A stretch of DNA of 64,000 nt. Source: the human T2T-CHM13v2.0 reference genome, Homo sapiens. The first letter of the stretch is position 1, and every line of letters starts with the position of its first letter. Positions 39,558 through 53,177 of the stretch are shown piece by piece. The DNA lies in the NCBI RefSeq assembly GCF_009914755.1, contig NC_060944.1; one strand, given 5' to 3'. Under the pieces are notes generated by a model, which was not told where the DNA came from, searched no databases, and was given only the letters and a program-made list of their open reading frames with translations. A program made the position numbers and the translations under genes.

Positions 39558-40039
39558 GGTCCATCTTCTTTTAAAGGCTTCTCTGATTAGGTCAGAGGCC
39601 CACCCAGATCATTTTTCTTTTGAATAACTTCAAGTCAACTGATTAGTAACCCAATTATAAGAGTGACATCCCATCATATTCACAGGTTTCGTCCACACTA
39701 TACAGGAGGAGACTACACACGCTGTTGAACGCCAGAGGGAGAGGGTCTTGGGGGCGTCTTAGAATCCTGCCTGAGACTGAGAAACTACCCAGGTTTGTCA
39801 GTGTAGAAGTCAAAGAGAGTATCCATGTGTTTCTGACTCAAATTTCTACCAGAAGTCCTGCCATTCATTGTCAACATTCCTAAAGAGGTTAGCCATGCCC
39901 TTGGTTTTGCACAATGTCGTTTAATCAAGGGTCTATTAGATGTAAAATATTCATTAGTTTATTCAAGAAGTATTTAGTGAGGGTTTTCTGTATGCTAAGA
40001 ACTGGATAGGAGAGATTCTGACATGAGGCAGAATGGAAA

Positions 40040-40215
40040 CCTGGAGCCGGATGGCCAGAGTTTGAAGTGTGCCTCTGCCAAAAGTTAGGGATGTGACCTC
40101 CTGCAACTCACCTAACCTCAGTTTTCTCATCTTTAAAATGGGTATGCTAGCAGTGGGACTTAGTTCAGAGAGTTGTTGCGATCTATGGTACTCAATCAAC
40201 ATTTGTCATTATTAT
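40040..40215 (+). mobile_element. MIR SINE
   Basis: CCTCAGTTTTCTCATCTTTAAAATGGG. Confidence 0.7.
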
Positions 40216-40779
40216 GAAACATTTGCGCCCATATTGTCTGTTTTCAATTGCAAACTTTTGGAAATCATGGGTAGAGTGTGGAAGCTTTTTGTTGTACTAT
40301 CAAGTCTTCCATCAAACACCCAGACATATCAGAAAATTAATTACTATGGAAGATGCTGACAGCACATTTCTGCCATGAGGCAGATTTCCCCCGTCTTAAC
40401 ATGCACGCTGGGGCATTTGGAATAAAGAGGGAAAAAAAGGCACATTTTACTAGTTCTCTCCAAACACAGTACAGACTGCTAGGCTGTTTCTTCAGAGGGG
40501 GAGAATCAAATTGGCTCCAGATCCCTGCTAGGCTGCCAGACCGTGGGAAGTGAGAGAGAATGTCAAAGCTGGCAGTTGACAAACAAGGAGATCGTTCCAA
40601 AAGGAGGAGGATTGGCCTAAACAATATCCTTCACAAATGTTTTTCTCAGCTTTTGATAGAGAAGGAGAAAGGGGGAAAAAATCCCACAAATCCTCATAAG
40701 ATATTCTAGAGCACTGGGGTCACTATTTGCAAAGGTTTCAAGTCTGGGAACGTACCAGCTTTAAGTGTGTAGGAAAATT

Positions 40780-41245
40780 GCAAGTTATAGATGTAACTAA
40801 AGTACGTTCCTTCTAAAAAGAAATGAACAATATGAATAGTAGTAAAGGCCCCTTTGATACCATCCTCACTTTAGTTCTCCTTCCTTCCCCTAAGGAAACC
40901 AGTTATGAGGTTTGAAATATAGCCTGTGATTTAATTCAAATAATTAAATTGCATCTATGTTCTATTCCCTGAGAAAATGTATATCGTTGTTTTGTTATTT
41001 TTACACAAAATGTGTAGAGTTGCTTCCTGTTCTTTTTACTTTTATATAAAAATATTATGATGCACAACCATTCTGCAATTTGCTTTTTCCCTTCAACCGT
41101 GTTTCTAAGGTCCCTCCTGTTGATATTCATCTTGCTCATTCCTTTTAAACAGCTAAATATCCTACAATTAATTTCTCTAGTCTCATGTTGAGGGCATAGG
41201 TTGTTTCAAACTTTTTGGTATAAATGGTGCTGCAGTACACGTCTG
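40780..41245 (-). mobile_element. Old L1ME-type fragment
   Basis: TTCTGCAATTTGCTTTTTCCCTTCAAC...GGTTGTTTCAAACTTTTTGGTATAAATGGTGCTGCA. Confidence 0.55.
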
Positions 41246-41369
41246 TCTTGAAAAATATGACAATCCTACTTTGTCTACTACGCTTCACATTGGTCACATG
41301 GCAGCAGGGTATTGTCTCTTAGAGTTCCCTGTTGTTTTTATTTTAGTTTATTTGTTGGTCAGTTGGTAG

Positions 41370-41620
41370 AAGACTCATTCATTCGCTCAACTGTGACCCG
41401 CTCACCATATGTCAGTCACTTTGCCAGGTATTGGGGAAATCAGATCAAATCAACTAAGACATTCACGCTAGCCCTGATCAAGCAGCTGAAGTGATAAATT
41501 CTGTGACAGAGATGTGTTCAAGGGATGCTGGTGGCACACAGTAGGACGTCTCCCCCAGATGTAGTGATGGAGAGTTGGAGAAAGCTCCCTGGAAAGGAGT
41601 TGTCAATTTGATTCCACTCG
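41370..41620 (-). mobile_element. L2 fragment
   Basis: CATTCATTCGCTCAAC...GATAAATTCTGTGACAGAGATG. Confidence 0.55.
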
Positions 41621-43005
41621 TTTGAATTGTTTTTCAAAAAGCACAGGCTTTTCCTTCCAACCTTAGTAAAGACAGTTTGTGGAAGATAATGTGATCTTGT
41701 ATGAAGGCTACGACTCACATCACTAAGGGTATTCTTATTTAACGGTGAGAAGGTGATAAGCCATAAGGAGAAGACTAATGAATTGTGAATGCCTGTTGAC
41801 CCAGGATGTGTCTTGGAAATTTTAAAGGATAGAGTATATGAATGTGTGTATATATAGATGTGTGTGTATTTAAGGCAGGAAGAAATCTGCTGCTCCTAGT
41901 TAATCTAGTGACTCTGTTAGCTAGGTTTACAGTCATTGAGGTTTCAAATTGGAATTTTTATAATTAAAAGTCATTTTTGGTTTTCAGCTCCAAATTTCCT
42001 GTCATAACCCTAGGGCCTCACTTTATCTCCACCACGTTCTAAGCCTGTACTGTCAGTTTCTCTTCCTTAATTACTTCTGATTCTTAGATCTCGGATTGTG
42101 TGTTTTCCTCTGAGACTGCCAGTAGGCCTGCCCCACACAACGGCAGAAGGAAAGGTCAAGTTAAGTCAAGGGCCTGGCATGCATGCAAGTGGGGAAGGTC
42201 GAAATATCTTAGGAATAAGGCGTCTTCCCATCGTCATTGTTATTCTTGAAACCTTCTCCAAAGTCTGGCAAGTTTCAGCATCACATGTGCTCAAACCCCC
42301 ATGCATTAACATGACAGGATTTCCTAAATGAGAACATATCAGAAATGGATCTGTGATTTGAAATTTCTTTCCCTATTTTGAAAGGGCTTCAGTGATTTCT
42401 TACATTTGTGAACTTCCTTTAAAAAAAGGAAAAACGTGTTTTTATGGGAAAAATTAGAGAAAATACTTTCTGTGGCGTGTTTGTTTCTGTTAACCTTAGC
42501 TAAAAAGAGTGGAAGTAAAATCAAGATGCATGCCTCTAACTACAGATTTTTGACCTTTTGTTTCTTTTATGTTCAGAAAAGTTAATTCAAAGTAAACCAT
42601 TTGCCTTTATGAGGGGGTAGTCGATATCAGAAAAGTAATACATCAAAATGTAAATATGTACATTTTATGCATGCAAGTAAGAAAGCCAGGATGAGTGAGA
42701 ATTTGTTTTTGAAATAGAAGGTCTATTATATATTAAATTGACTATGGGGTGCCTACTACTCTCCAGTTACATTTCGATTGGTACTGCTTTTAGATGGGTG
42801 AACACTAAAATAATATTTGAGTAGGTGTCCATTTAGATAAAAAACACACACTCTTCAAGGAGAACATTGAAATGTATTATACTCAGGGGATCTTTTTAAC
42901 TTCCCCCTTTTAAATGTAAAGTGAGGATTTCCATTTCCAGAAAGATCGAGTATACATAATTTTTCCTATTTCTCCCACTAACTATTAAAAATCTGGACAT
43001 TATAA

Positions 43006-43581
43006 ATATGTACACATATGTATGTGCACATATTTTATATGTGTATGTGTATGTATTATATATATGTATATTTATGTATTACATATGTGTATTACATATA
43101 TATGCATGTGCATGTATTATATATGTGCACGTGTATGTTTTTATACATATGTGTATGTATTATGTATGTGTATGTATTATATGTGTATTATATATGTATG
43201 TGTATATATTATATATGTGCATGCATTATACACATGTGTGTATGTATTATATGTGCATGTGTATTAAACATGTATGTGTATGTATTATATATGCATGTGC
43301 ATGTATTATATATGTATGTGCATGTATTATATATGCATGTGCATGTATTATATATGTATGTGCATGTATTATATATGCATATTTATGTATTTCATATGTA
43401 TATGCACATATTATATGTGCATGTATTATATATTCATGTGTATGTATTAGATATGTATGTGTACGTATTACATATGTGTATGTATTATATATATGCATGT
43501 GTATGTATTGTATATGTATATGGGCATGTGTTTTACATATATGTATGTATATGTAATATATATATATGTATATGTATATAT
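43006..43581. repeat. Complex (TA)/(TG)/TGCA low-complexity tandem repeat
   Basis: About 575 nt; ~22-nt units such as GTATTATATATGCATGTGCAT. Confidence 0.95.
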
Positions 43582-43689
43582 CTCTCAAACTAAAAGGTGG
43601 AGAGAAGAGGATAGATTGGCTAGGGTTATTGAGACTCAAAGAATTACATGGTGGTGAGTTCTCTGGGTTTTCTCTGTGCTGCATACATG

Positions 43690-44210
43690 CCAGACTTGGA
43701 GCTGAAGAAGCCACACACCAACAGGTTAAAAAAAAAGCCGTAACAAAAACCTGTTATTTCTAACCAAGGGGCCCGGAAAGGGGCAGCCTAGTAAGACAGA
43801 AAACTTTTCAATAATAAACACATTCTACTTTAGCCAAACAACATAGAAAAAAAAATATATGGCCCGAACCTAATCATGCAAGCCAAGGTCAACTGGAAAG
43901 CCAAGATTTCCCCATTCATGAGACTTGCAGTGAGGCACCCCAGTGCCTCCACTTGGCTGGTGTCAGAGAGGCCAGGGGAGCATTCAAACTTCACCATTGT
44001 CCCAAAGTAACAAGTCCATCCCCTCCCCTGGAGTGTCCGTGCAGGCCATGAGGGAGCAATAACAAGGTGCTTCTATCCCTTCTAGCCAGGGAGGTGTCAG
44101 GCGCGGCCTAAGGGAAATCTAGAACCACCCCCACCTAGCATTAGTTAGGGATCCCAGAGCCCCCCTTTCTGCTGTCATCAGAGGCTGAGTAGGGAGCCTG
44201 GACTTCTATT
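43690..44210 (+). mobile_element. Probable old L1M 5'UTR fragment
   Basis: GAAAGGGGCAGCCTAGTAAGACAGAAAACTTT and repeated GTGTCAG-GAGGCC subunits resemble L1MC/MD 5' ends. Confidence 0.4.
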
Positions 44211-44214
44211 ATAC

Positions 44215-44445
44215 TTGGGACAGGAGGGAAGTGATGATGAAAGGGCAGCATGAAGGATCCTTGTGATGTTGGAAATGTTCTGTGTTTGTATCAATGGCAT
44301 TGTCCTGGTAGTGGCATCGCCCTATAGTTTGGCCACATGCTACCACCAGGAGACACTGGGTCAAGGATCGCTCTGTGTTATTGTTTGACAACTGCATGTG
44401 AGTCTACAATGATCTCAAAATACAAAGTTTAACATAAAAAGTGAA
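44215..44445 (+). mobile_element. L1MD-type 3' end
   Basis: AAAGGGCAGCATGAAGGATCCTTGTGATGTTGGAAATGTTCTGTG...CAACTGCATGTGAGTCTACAATGATCTCAAAAT. Confidence 0.8.
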
Positions 44446-46380
44446 AAATGGAAAAAAATAAACATGCTGTCTTCTGTTCTTCATTCACTATTTTTACATT
44501 CATTTATTCATAAAAGTATTTAGCAAGGACTTCCTGGGCACCAGGCAGTGAGGATCCTAAAATGTCTACTTTTAGTTCTTGCCCTCAAAGATTTATTAAT
44601 CTTTCAAGAGGACACCAATATGTAAAACAACAAGAAATAAGTAAAAATCCTTCTTAAAATAAAAATGGATCATTTGAAGGCTCTATATTTTATCACCCTC
44701 CTCAAGTGGTAATGGTCAAATGGCAAAAACAAAAAAAAAATCTTTATAAAATACATTAGGACTTTCATGAATTCCTATCCAGTATAACTCAAGGAATTTG
44801 CTCAGCAAGAAATATCATCCCACCAGTCAGAAGGCAAGATCTATATATACGATGGATAATTGGAACATATTTATGTCTTGCATTTCTAGCTCCTTAAAAT
44901 CTACCATAAGTATCATCATCCTTTTCCATCTTACAATGGTTTAAATAAATAACATATGTTCAAGGTCTTAGACTGCATTGGCTTAACTCTCAAAGTACCA
45001 CTTCTGTTTCTCTCTGTTCTAATCCAAACTGTTAAAGCCATTCACTTTGTATCTTGATCATCACTCTGTCCCCAACAATGTCAGTCTATGATGGGCAGTC
45101 CCTACAGCTCAGGCAAGGTTTCAAAACCTCCCCAGTGTGACTCCAAGGTAAGACCACGTTTGGTGGAAAGAAACCTGCAAACACTGAGAAGGAAAGCCTG
45201 GTTTCATCTTATTTTTGTCTTCTCTTCCCATTGCTTCAGCTTTACTTCCACAGCCTCACAGAAAATCCTTCCTTGAAAACCAGTGGTCTCTCCTCTCATG
45301 TGTGAACTCTTTTTACAGTGGTTTTTGAGTGTGCATCATTGCCAGATTTAATGCAATGTAGACCAATGTTTCCCCAATTCAGTTTTGTATACAGGTGACA
45401 GTCTGTGACAAAGTTTTTGTTAATACAAATATTCATTGAAATAAAGGAAACACAGCACACATTTTACAAGGCAAACACATTTAGTTTAAATGATGGTCTT
45501 TTATCTAGATGTTATTTTTTTTCTATTTTGTTAAGTGACTTTTCTATGTAAAGGTATTTATTATGGATGGTAGTTACATTTTGCTTTTTAATGATCTTTG
45601 CAAAATGAAAAGTTGATGACCCTATGATTGTCTATGCCTCTCTTTTCTGCAACATATCTATGGTTGAAAACAATTATCAAAAATATTGGAGACTACAAAT
45701 ATACATTTTTTAAAAGGCAAGCAAATCTTGCCTCGTGACAGAATGAATCTTCTGAAGTTCCATGGAAAACTAAGAAATGCTCACATATTCTTTGAGAGTC
45801 ACAAAGCACATTTGCATTTTTATAGGCTCTGGGAATTACTACTGAAAAGACATTTTTAACTTTGTGTACTATGGAATATTCTTAATTTGCTCAATCATAG
45901 AATTCTTATATTTTCTACATTATATATTTATTCCATAGTGCACATTTTGGGAAATGCTGTCATAAATGAAGTATGATATATTTGAGTGGAGAAAACTGTG
46001 GGAGAAAGAAATCTTGGTAAGATCTATCAGACAAACATTTATGGAAGCAATGCATTTGGGGCAAGATTATTTGAAAGTTACAAGGATTTGATTTGGCTCC
46101 AGAAAGAGGCCAAAGATAAAGATCAAATTAATCTATACAAGAGGCTGCAAGTAGAGATGGCAACGCATCCCAGGCAGCTGACCTAAATGTGTGAAATGGG
46201 CAAGGATAAGGTATTGGGGAATGGTGGGGAGTGTGGGAAACTCTAAGTACATGCCCTGCTGCTTGTCTCGACTGGACTGTCATCATTTAAGAAGGCACGC
46301 ATGATGGAGGTGTCATAACTTTTGGATTTTGAAGAGAAGACAGAGATCCAAATTTTTCCATGAAAGATTTCTCTATTTTT

Positions 46381-47272
<892 letters not shown>

Positions 47273-48060
47273 TGTAGGTGTCTCGTTTGCAACCTAGACT
47301 AAAATTTTTGTAATTTTGTGAAATTTATTTCACATATAACAATAAAATATACTATATCAAAAATTATAATAATATTGGGAGTATAAAGCAAAGTAACCAT
47401 GAATGTTTAGTCTCAAGATCCAGTTAGACCAAGATGGCATTGTTCTGAATTTTCATTCCCAAGAGGACATATTCCTGCTGTTCCCTTTTTCATTGAGAAG
47501 ACTGAATGCACCTGCCTGCTGCATTCTCTTCTTCTATTTCTCCCTTTTTGTTCTCCCCTCCTGGATCCTCTTGGCAAAGAAGGGCACCCATGTGTGCACC
47601 TGATTCTTGTACTGCATCTTGCTGTGTACCAGCTATAGGCAAAAAGGCAGATTTAGTTCAGCCATCATGAAGAGCAGAGAGAGAATTCAGAAGTTTCTTA
47701 TCACATCTGATCTATGAATGATGTGGGAATTATAGCACTCAGACTGCATTTGTGCCTGAAAATGTTAAAAAAAAATCACAACAAGAACTCCTCAACTCCA
47801 AAGAGGGCACAGAACTCTCAACCTCAAATTAAATTTCACAACTTTAAAAAGCTTGTCTCATAGTAGAAAAAATTACTCTCTATAATGTTACTAGGAATTA
47901 TAATACTCTCATCTTTGATTGGCACCCATATCCCAATGGATGCAAACATACACAGGGTGATTTGAATTGAAAAGTTGGCTACTAAAATCACAGATTGCTA
48001 CACATTCATTTGTGAGAGCAACTCCTTCCAACACCTAAAAGTTACCATAGAAAGAAGAGG

Positions 48061-48177
48061 AGGTGGTGGCTCATGCCTGTAATCCCAGCACTTTGGGAGG
48101 CTGTGGAAGAAGGATCACTTGATCCCAGGAGTTTAAGACCAGCCTGGGCAACATAGGGAGACCCCCCGTCTCTACAC

Positions 48178-48228
<51 letters not shown>

Positions 48229-48402
48229 TTAGCTGAGCATGGTGGCGTATGCCTATGTCCCAACTACTTGGCAGCCTGAGGTGGAAGAATCACTTGAGCC
48301 CAGGAGCTCGAGGCTGCAGCAAGCCGTGATGGCACCATTGCACTGCAGCCTGGGCAACAGAGCAAGACTATCTTCAAAAAAAGAAAAAAGAAAAGAAAGA
48401 AG
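48061..48402 (+). mobile_element. AluJ-like SINE with (TAA)16 in linker
   Basis: GGGCAACATAGGGAGACC, GAGGCTGCAG; TAA run 48179-48226. Confidence 0.9.
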
Positions 48403-48426
48403 GAAGAGGAGATTTTCAGTTTACGT

Positions 48427-48643
48427 CAGTACTTCTTTACTGAGGGTGATTTTGCTCATCCTCATGTCCCCTGCCCCTTACATTTGTCAGATATGTTTTG
48501 GTTGGAGAAGTACGTGCTCTGGTGTCTATTGTGTAGTGACCAGAGATGCTGCTAACCATCAATCATACAATGCACAAGGCAGTCCCCACAACGAAGACTT
48601 CTCTGACCCCAAATGTTCATGGTGCCATCATGGAGAAGCTGTG
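48427..48643 (+). mobile_element. MER20, diverged
   Basis: GAGGGTGATTTTGC...GATGCTGCTAACCATC...TACAATGCACAAGGCAGTCCCCACAAC. Confidence 0.78.
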
Positions 48644-49111
48644 GTATGTGCCAAGCTAAAGAAATGCTGCTTTGCATTAGCATATCACACATGCTGAGGT
48701 TTCCTGCAAAGCTGGCAAAGGGGGTGATTTCCTTGTACATCGCTCCTTGCCAAATTGGGTGACATCTTACAGAACCACTGCTGCTTTTCAGGGTGGAAAC
48801 AATCTTAATCTAAGTACCTTGCAGGGCATTCATATGGTGGATTACAATGTGTAGCTACTACCTGGGCCAACACTTTGTATTTCTGCTTCTCGGTGTATGT
48901 GGGAACCAATGGTGTCCTCTCAAAGGACAACTATGTGTTCTGAATTCATCTTTGAAGAGATTTTAAAAAGTTGTCACCAACACCTAATACCTTACAGTGG
49001 CTGCTTCTCCAGTTATTTCTGGAGTCTACTGTCAAACACAGGTTGAAGGAAACAGCAATGAGAAAGGCAGACAAATGTGGTCCTCACCCTTGTGGGTCTT
49101 ATGGTTTAGAC

Positions 49112-49336
49112 CACAGGTCAACAAGCTTTTTCTGTAAAGGGCTAGATAGTAAGTATTTTAGACTTGTGTACCATAGAGTCTCATAGTAACAACTCCTCCG
49201 CTCTGCCATTGTAGCACAAAAGCAGACATAGGTAATATGTAAGCCAATGAGTGTGGCTGTGTTCTAATAAAACTTTATTCATAAGAAACAAGTCACTAGC
49301 TAGATATGTCCCATGAGTTGGAGCTTCCTGATCGCT
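49112..49336 (+). mobile_element. MER58A inserted in an L2(-) fragment
   Basis: TTTTTCTGTAAAGGGCTAGATAGTAAGTATTTTAG...GGCTGTGTTCTAATAAAACTTTATT; flanks GTTTAGAC/GTCTAGAT. Confidence 0.85.
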
Positions 49337-49829
49337 GGTCTAGATTAGTGAGGCAGACTTTATTCAGATACATGCTTGACTAATTATATTTTCCAAACCA
49401 TCTGTCTGGTATTCTATCCCCTGGCTTTCTGCATGATAATTCCTTTGTTATATTCATATCTCAGTTTAACTGTCACCTTCTTGAAGAGCTCCTCCCTCAC
49501 CACCTATGAAAAATGGATCAAAAATTGTCCCGTAATGTACATCCTGCATTATGAGCTACGTGTTCACATATTTGTTCAATCTTTCTTTTTAAATAAAAGC
49601 AGAGACCCTGTTTGTCTTTACACCTCTTGGAACCTTGGCACATAGCAGGATTCCCCCCAACCCACCATCACCCACAACCGTCACACTTGCAGGCTATAAA
49701 GGAAACTTACAAGAACATTCTCAATAGTGAGACCTAACTGGTCCTGGAGAGGATCAAGTTTTATACTTGATACTAAAAACTATCACTGAAGGAACTACTA
49801 AGTCTAGTATCTAACAGGAATTGAAAAGT

Positions 49830-50010
49830 ATTATGCACCAGGCAATGTTCTAACCATTTTTGAGTATTAACAATTTTATGAAGAGTCAATATTATCATTC
49901 ATTTTATAGATAAGAAAAGAACTCATAAATAACTTGCATAAGGTTACTAGTAAGTCTGGGATTAGAACCCATAAAGTCTAATTCTTGCTCTTAAACACTA
50001 TAATATGCTG
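49830..50010 (-). mobile_element. MIR SINE
   Basis: CATTTTATAGATAAGAAAA...AATAACTTGCATAAGGTTAC...GGGATTAGAACCC. Confidence 0.65.
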
Positions 50011-50714
50011 TCTCTACTATAGCCCCCCACCAAAAAAGTTAAAAAGTTAAAATCCCTTAACCAAAAACCAAAAACCTGACTATCCTGAAAAGGTGACATT
50101 GTCCTAGTGTATCAGAGAGATAACCTAGCAAAACCAGTCAATTTTCAAAATGTGAAATTTCCACCTTTGGATTGATTTTGGGAAATTAAAATTCTGATCC
50201 TACAAAAGCCTAGGGTGAAATTGTGTATGCTAGTCTTCAAGCTATCTGGAGGGGGTTGACATCCTTCTGCATGGGGCTGCTTTCTGCAGCAGGGAGACCA
50301 GCCCAACACTCTGCAGGACTGTAATGGCGACCTTCCAGTGTGGAATGAATCCATTGAGAATACAGCTTTATGGGGCCATGCAACAAATGCATCAAATATT
50401 TATTGCCAAGAAGTATTTATTGCCAATTACATGAATGTGAAACAAGACATCATCCCTGGCCTACAGAGCTATTAAGCAAGGAGATGGGTGAATGTGAGGC
50501 TGCCTTGAGATGCGGGAAGGGAAATGCAAAAGAAGGGGATGATTCCGGGGTTTCCAGGTGGAACAGGGACTGGTGCATTTGTGTCAGCATGTATGGCAGA
50601 CAGGCGCCAGATTATGACTTTGTGAGTGACACATGGCTTTAGGAGAAAGTGCCAGTCCTAAAGTGCCATCTGGACGAGCCCTAACATGGTCATGTGTAAT
50701 CTGAATATGCATCA

Positions 50715-51070
50715 TCTAATAATGACTGAGTGCTTACTTGGCACTAGACACCACCCTAAATGTTTGAACATATCATCTCACTGTGTTCTCACAACAAACC
50801 CCTTAGGCAGCTACCATTTTTATTCTCATTTTCTACATGAGAAAACTAAGGTGTATAGGGGTTACGTGATTTTTCCAAAGTCGCATGGGAGACCAATGAA
50901 TAGAACCTAGGCAGATTGGGCTCCAGGATCCATTCTGGTAGCCACTGTTGCCAGCAGTCATAACCTGGCTCTATCTCCATTTTCTAGATGGAGAAAACAA
51001 GGCTTAAGGAAGTGCAGTGACTTCTCTGAGATTTGAACCTGAATTTGAGCTCACGGTCTTTTTACTACTC
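50715..51070 (-). mobile_element. Two MIR fragments
   Basis: CATTTTCTACATGAGAAAACTAAGG and CATTTTCTAGATGGAGAAAACAAGGCT cores. Confidence 0.7.
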
Positions 51071-52129
51071 TAAGATAGTAGTTGTGGCCCCAAATCCACT
51101 TTACCTAATATCCCTTTATGAGACCTTCAAAACAATTACCACTCTAAAAAGAGGTAATGAAAACTGATCTGGGTTTCTTGGGCCTGAGAAGGGGCAGGAA
51201 GCAGATGTGAGAGATAGATCCAAAAAGACTTAAAGACTACCTGGCTATTAAGACATAGGAAAGAGAAAAAATTATGTTAATTATGTTGGTGGGTGCCTAG
51301 AATCTTGGAAATGCCATATTGCAGAGATAAAGAAGACAAAAGGAATAGCTTGGAGAATTAAGGCAATTATATTACTGCTATTATCCATCATAAATAATGT
51401 CAAGCAGGCATTTCCCTCCCAAGAATTATCTACTAAATTCTGGGAGGTTTACCCTCTCCCAGTCACACATCAACTCTGATATTTTAAATCCAAAGACATA
51501 ATATTTGATCACACACCCTAACCTTTTGTCATGAAGACATACACTCTAAATTTTAAAAGCCTTCTTCCAGAAATATTTAAAGCTAACCATTCCATTAAAT
51601 AAGTCCCGGATATCCAGACAGTATGACTGGGATAATATGGAATTATTTATAAAGATGGCTTGTTCTGAGAAAATTGTTATGCTGAAGAGAGGGAAATCCC
51701 ACCTTCTGTCTTTGTTCATGAACTGTGATTAAAACCAATTTATCTGAGATGTATCAAAGAGAGATAATAAGTAAAGTGGATTTGGGACCACCCGGTTAGG
51801 TGACAGGTCTTTTGGTTGCTTTCATGTGGGATACCACCTCCAGTTACACAGCAGCACATTCTCATCTCATAGCTGTGGAATTCTTGGATTTGAAACCGGC
51901 TCTGTTCACTTTGTATAACTGAAGCCTCTTATTTTGCGTTGCCTAATTCTCGTCCTTTATTTGCATGCAACCTTTTATCATTAAATGATGCTTAAGTGGA
52001 TCAGGATAGAATCCACTTTGTTCTCTAAATCAAGAACTCTTTTTCATATGACCTTGAAAGTAGGAGATTGGATCAGTGATGCTTCCCGCTGATCTTGGAA
52101 TTAACACATGCACATGTATGTTCCTGGTT

Positions 52130-52627
52130 TGCCAGGTCTTAGCCAGTCTGGCCCCTGTCCACCCCTCTAGCTTCATCCCACTCCTCTCTCTTTTTCTTTC
52201 CGGATTCAAGCCTCAGGGACTCCCTCCATTTCCTCCAACCAATAAAATTCCTTCCTGCATATTCTATTTGGGGGACTAACATCTTCTTTCTTCCTGCCTT
52301 AACCTGATCTGTTTCAATTCATTCTGTCCATGTCAGTCTAATTGTTACTTCCTCAGGGAACAACATCCTCCTCCCCGAAACTGGGCCATTTTCTCCTGTT
52401 ACATGTCATTACTCCACCAATTTCCTCTCCTCTAGAGAACTGACAGCAATTAAAATTAAATATGTGTTTGTGCTATTATTTATTTAATGTTTATTTTTTC
52501 AAAAGGCTACAACCCCTATGGGCAAGTCATCTATGGTATCTTTAGAGCCTAGAAAAGTGCTTGGCACATAGCAGTTGCTCAATAAATCAAAGAATAAACT
52601 AGTGACTAACGAATGAGTAAATAAATG
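52130..52627 (+). mobile_element. L2 LINE 3' end
   Basis: TTACTTCCTCAGGGAA...GAGCCTAGAAAAGTGCTTGGCACATAGCAGTTGCTCAATAAAT. Confidence 0.78.
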
Positions 52628-52917
52628 GTTAGTCAGTTGCCTAATCCCATTAATTATGCTCTGAGGATGCTGCAGAAAGGCAACTCAAGGTCTTCAGAAC
52701 TCAAACTCTGAACTCTGATTCTTATTCTGAGGTTTACATAAAATTTCTACATTATTTTACGCAAGCATTTCTTCGATTGTTTTTCTCAATCTTAAAAAAA
52801 GGTTTAATCAAACAGTTTTAAACATATTAAGATGTTTCTCTGTTTCACAAAATCTACTGATTAAAAGCATACTATGTTACTGAAAAATTAGAAATGAAAA
52901 ATTAAAATTTGTTATGG

Positions 52918-53177
52918 CAACATTATCCAAAGTGTGGTTTGGGAGTATGAGTTTCACTGGCTGTTAGAGGAAAAAAATATTCCACGATCAAGTGCAGTTG
53001 GGAAACTTAAAAAAGCAAAAAGATTTTGTTTGTTTACTTAGTGAAGGACCCCTAGATCCTTAAGTATGCTAATGAGCATTATGAAAACTAAAGAGGAGGA
53101 TTTAAAATGATACGTTTTCTAAATATATGTGACCATAGAGAATCATCTGGTCATAGACCATCTTTTGGAAATACTGC
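52918..53177. mobile_element. Degraded hAT-Charlie-like element
   Basis: TCCAAAGTGTGGT start and TTTTGGAAATACTG end resemble Charlie termini. Confidence 0.4.

Larger units (their letters stand above)
38532..39772 (-). mobile_element. MLT1E-like LTR carrying two Alu insertions
   Basis: CTTAGTAGCTTAAAA...TCTCTGATTAGGTCAG...AAGTCAACTGATTAG...GGGGGCGTCTTAGAATCCTGCCT. Confidence 0.75.

Noticed and set aside
43008-43714. ORFs of 155-191 aa
   Set aside because: Translations of a TA/TG repeat (Y/M/C/V/I/H only); open in several frames because of composition.
45360-45960. Possible degraded hAT-Charlie pieces (also 58520-58790)
   Set aside because: Terminal-like motifs only; too diverged to call.
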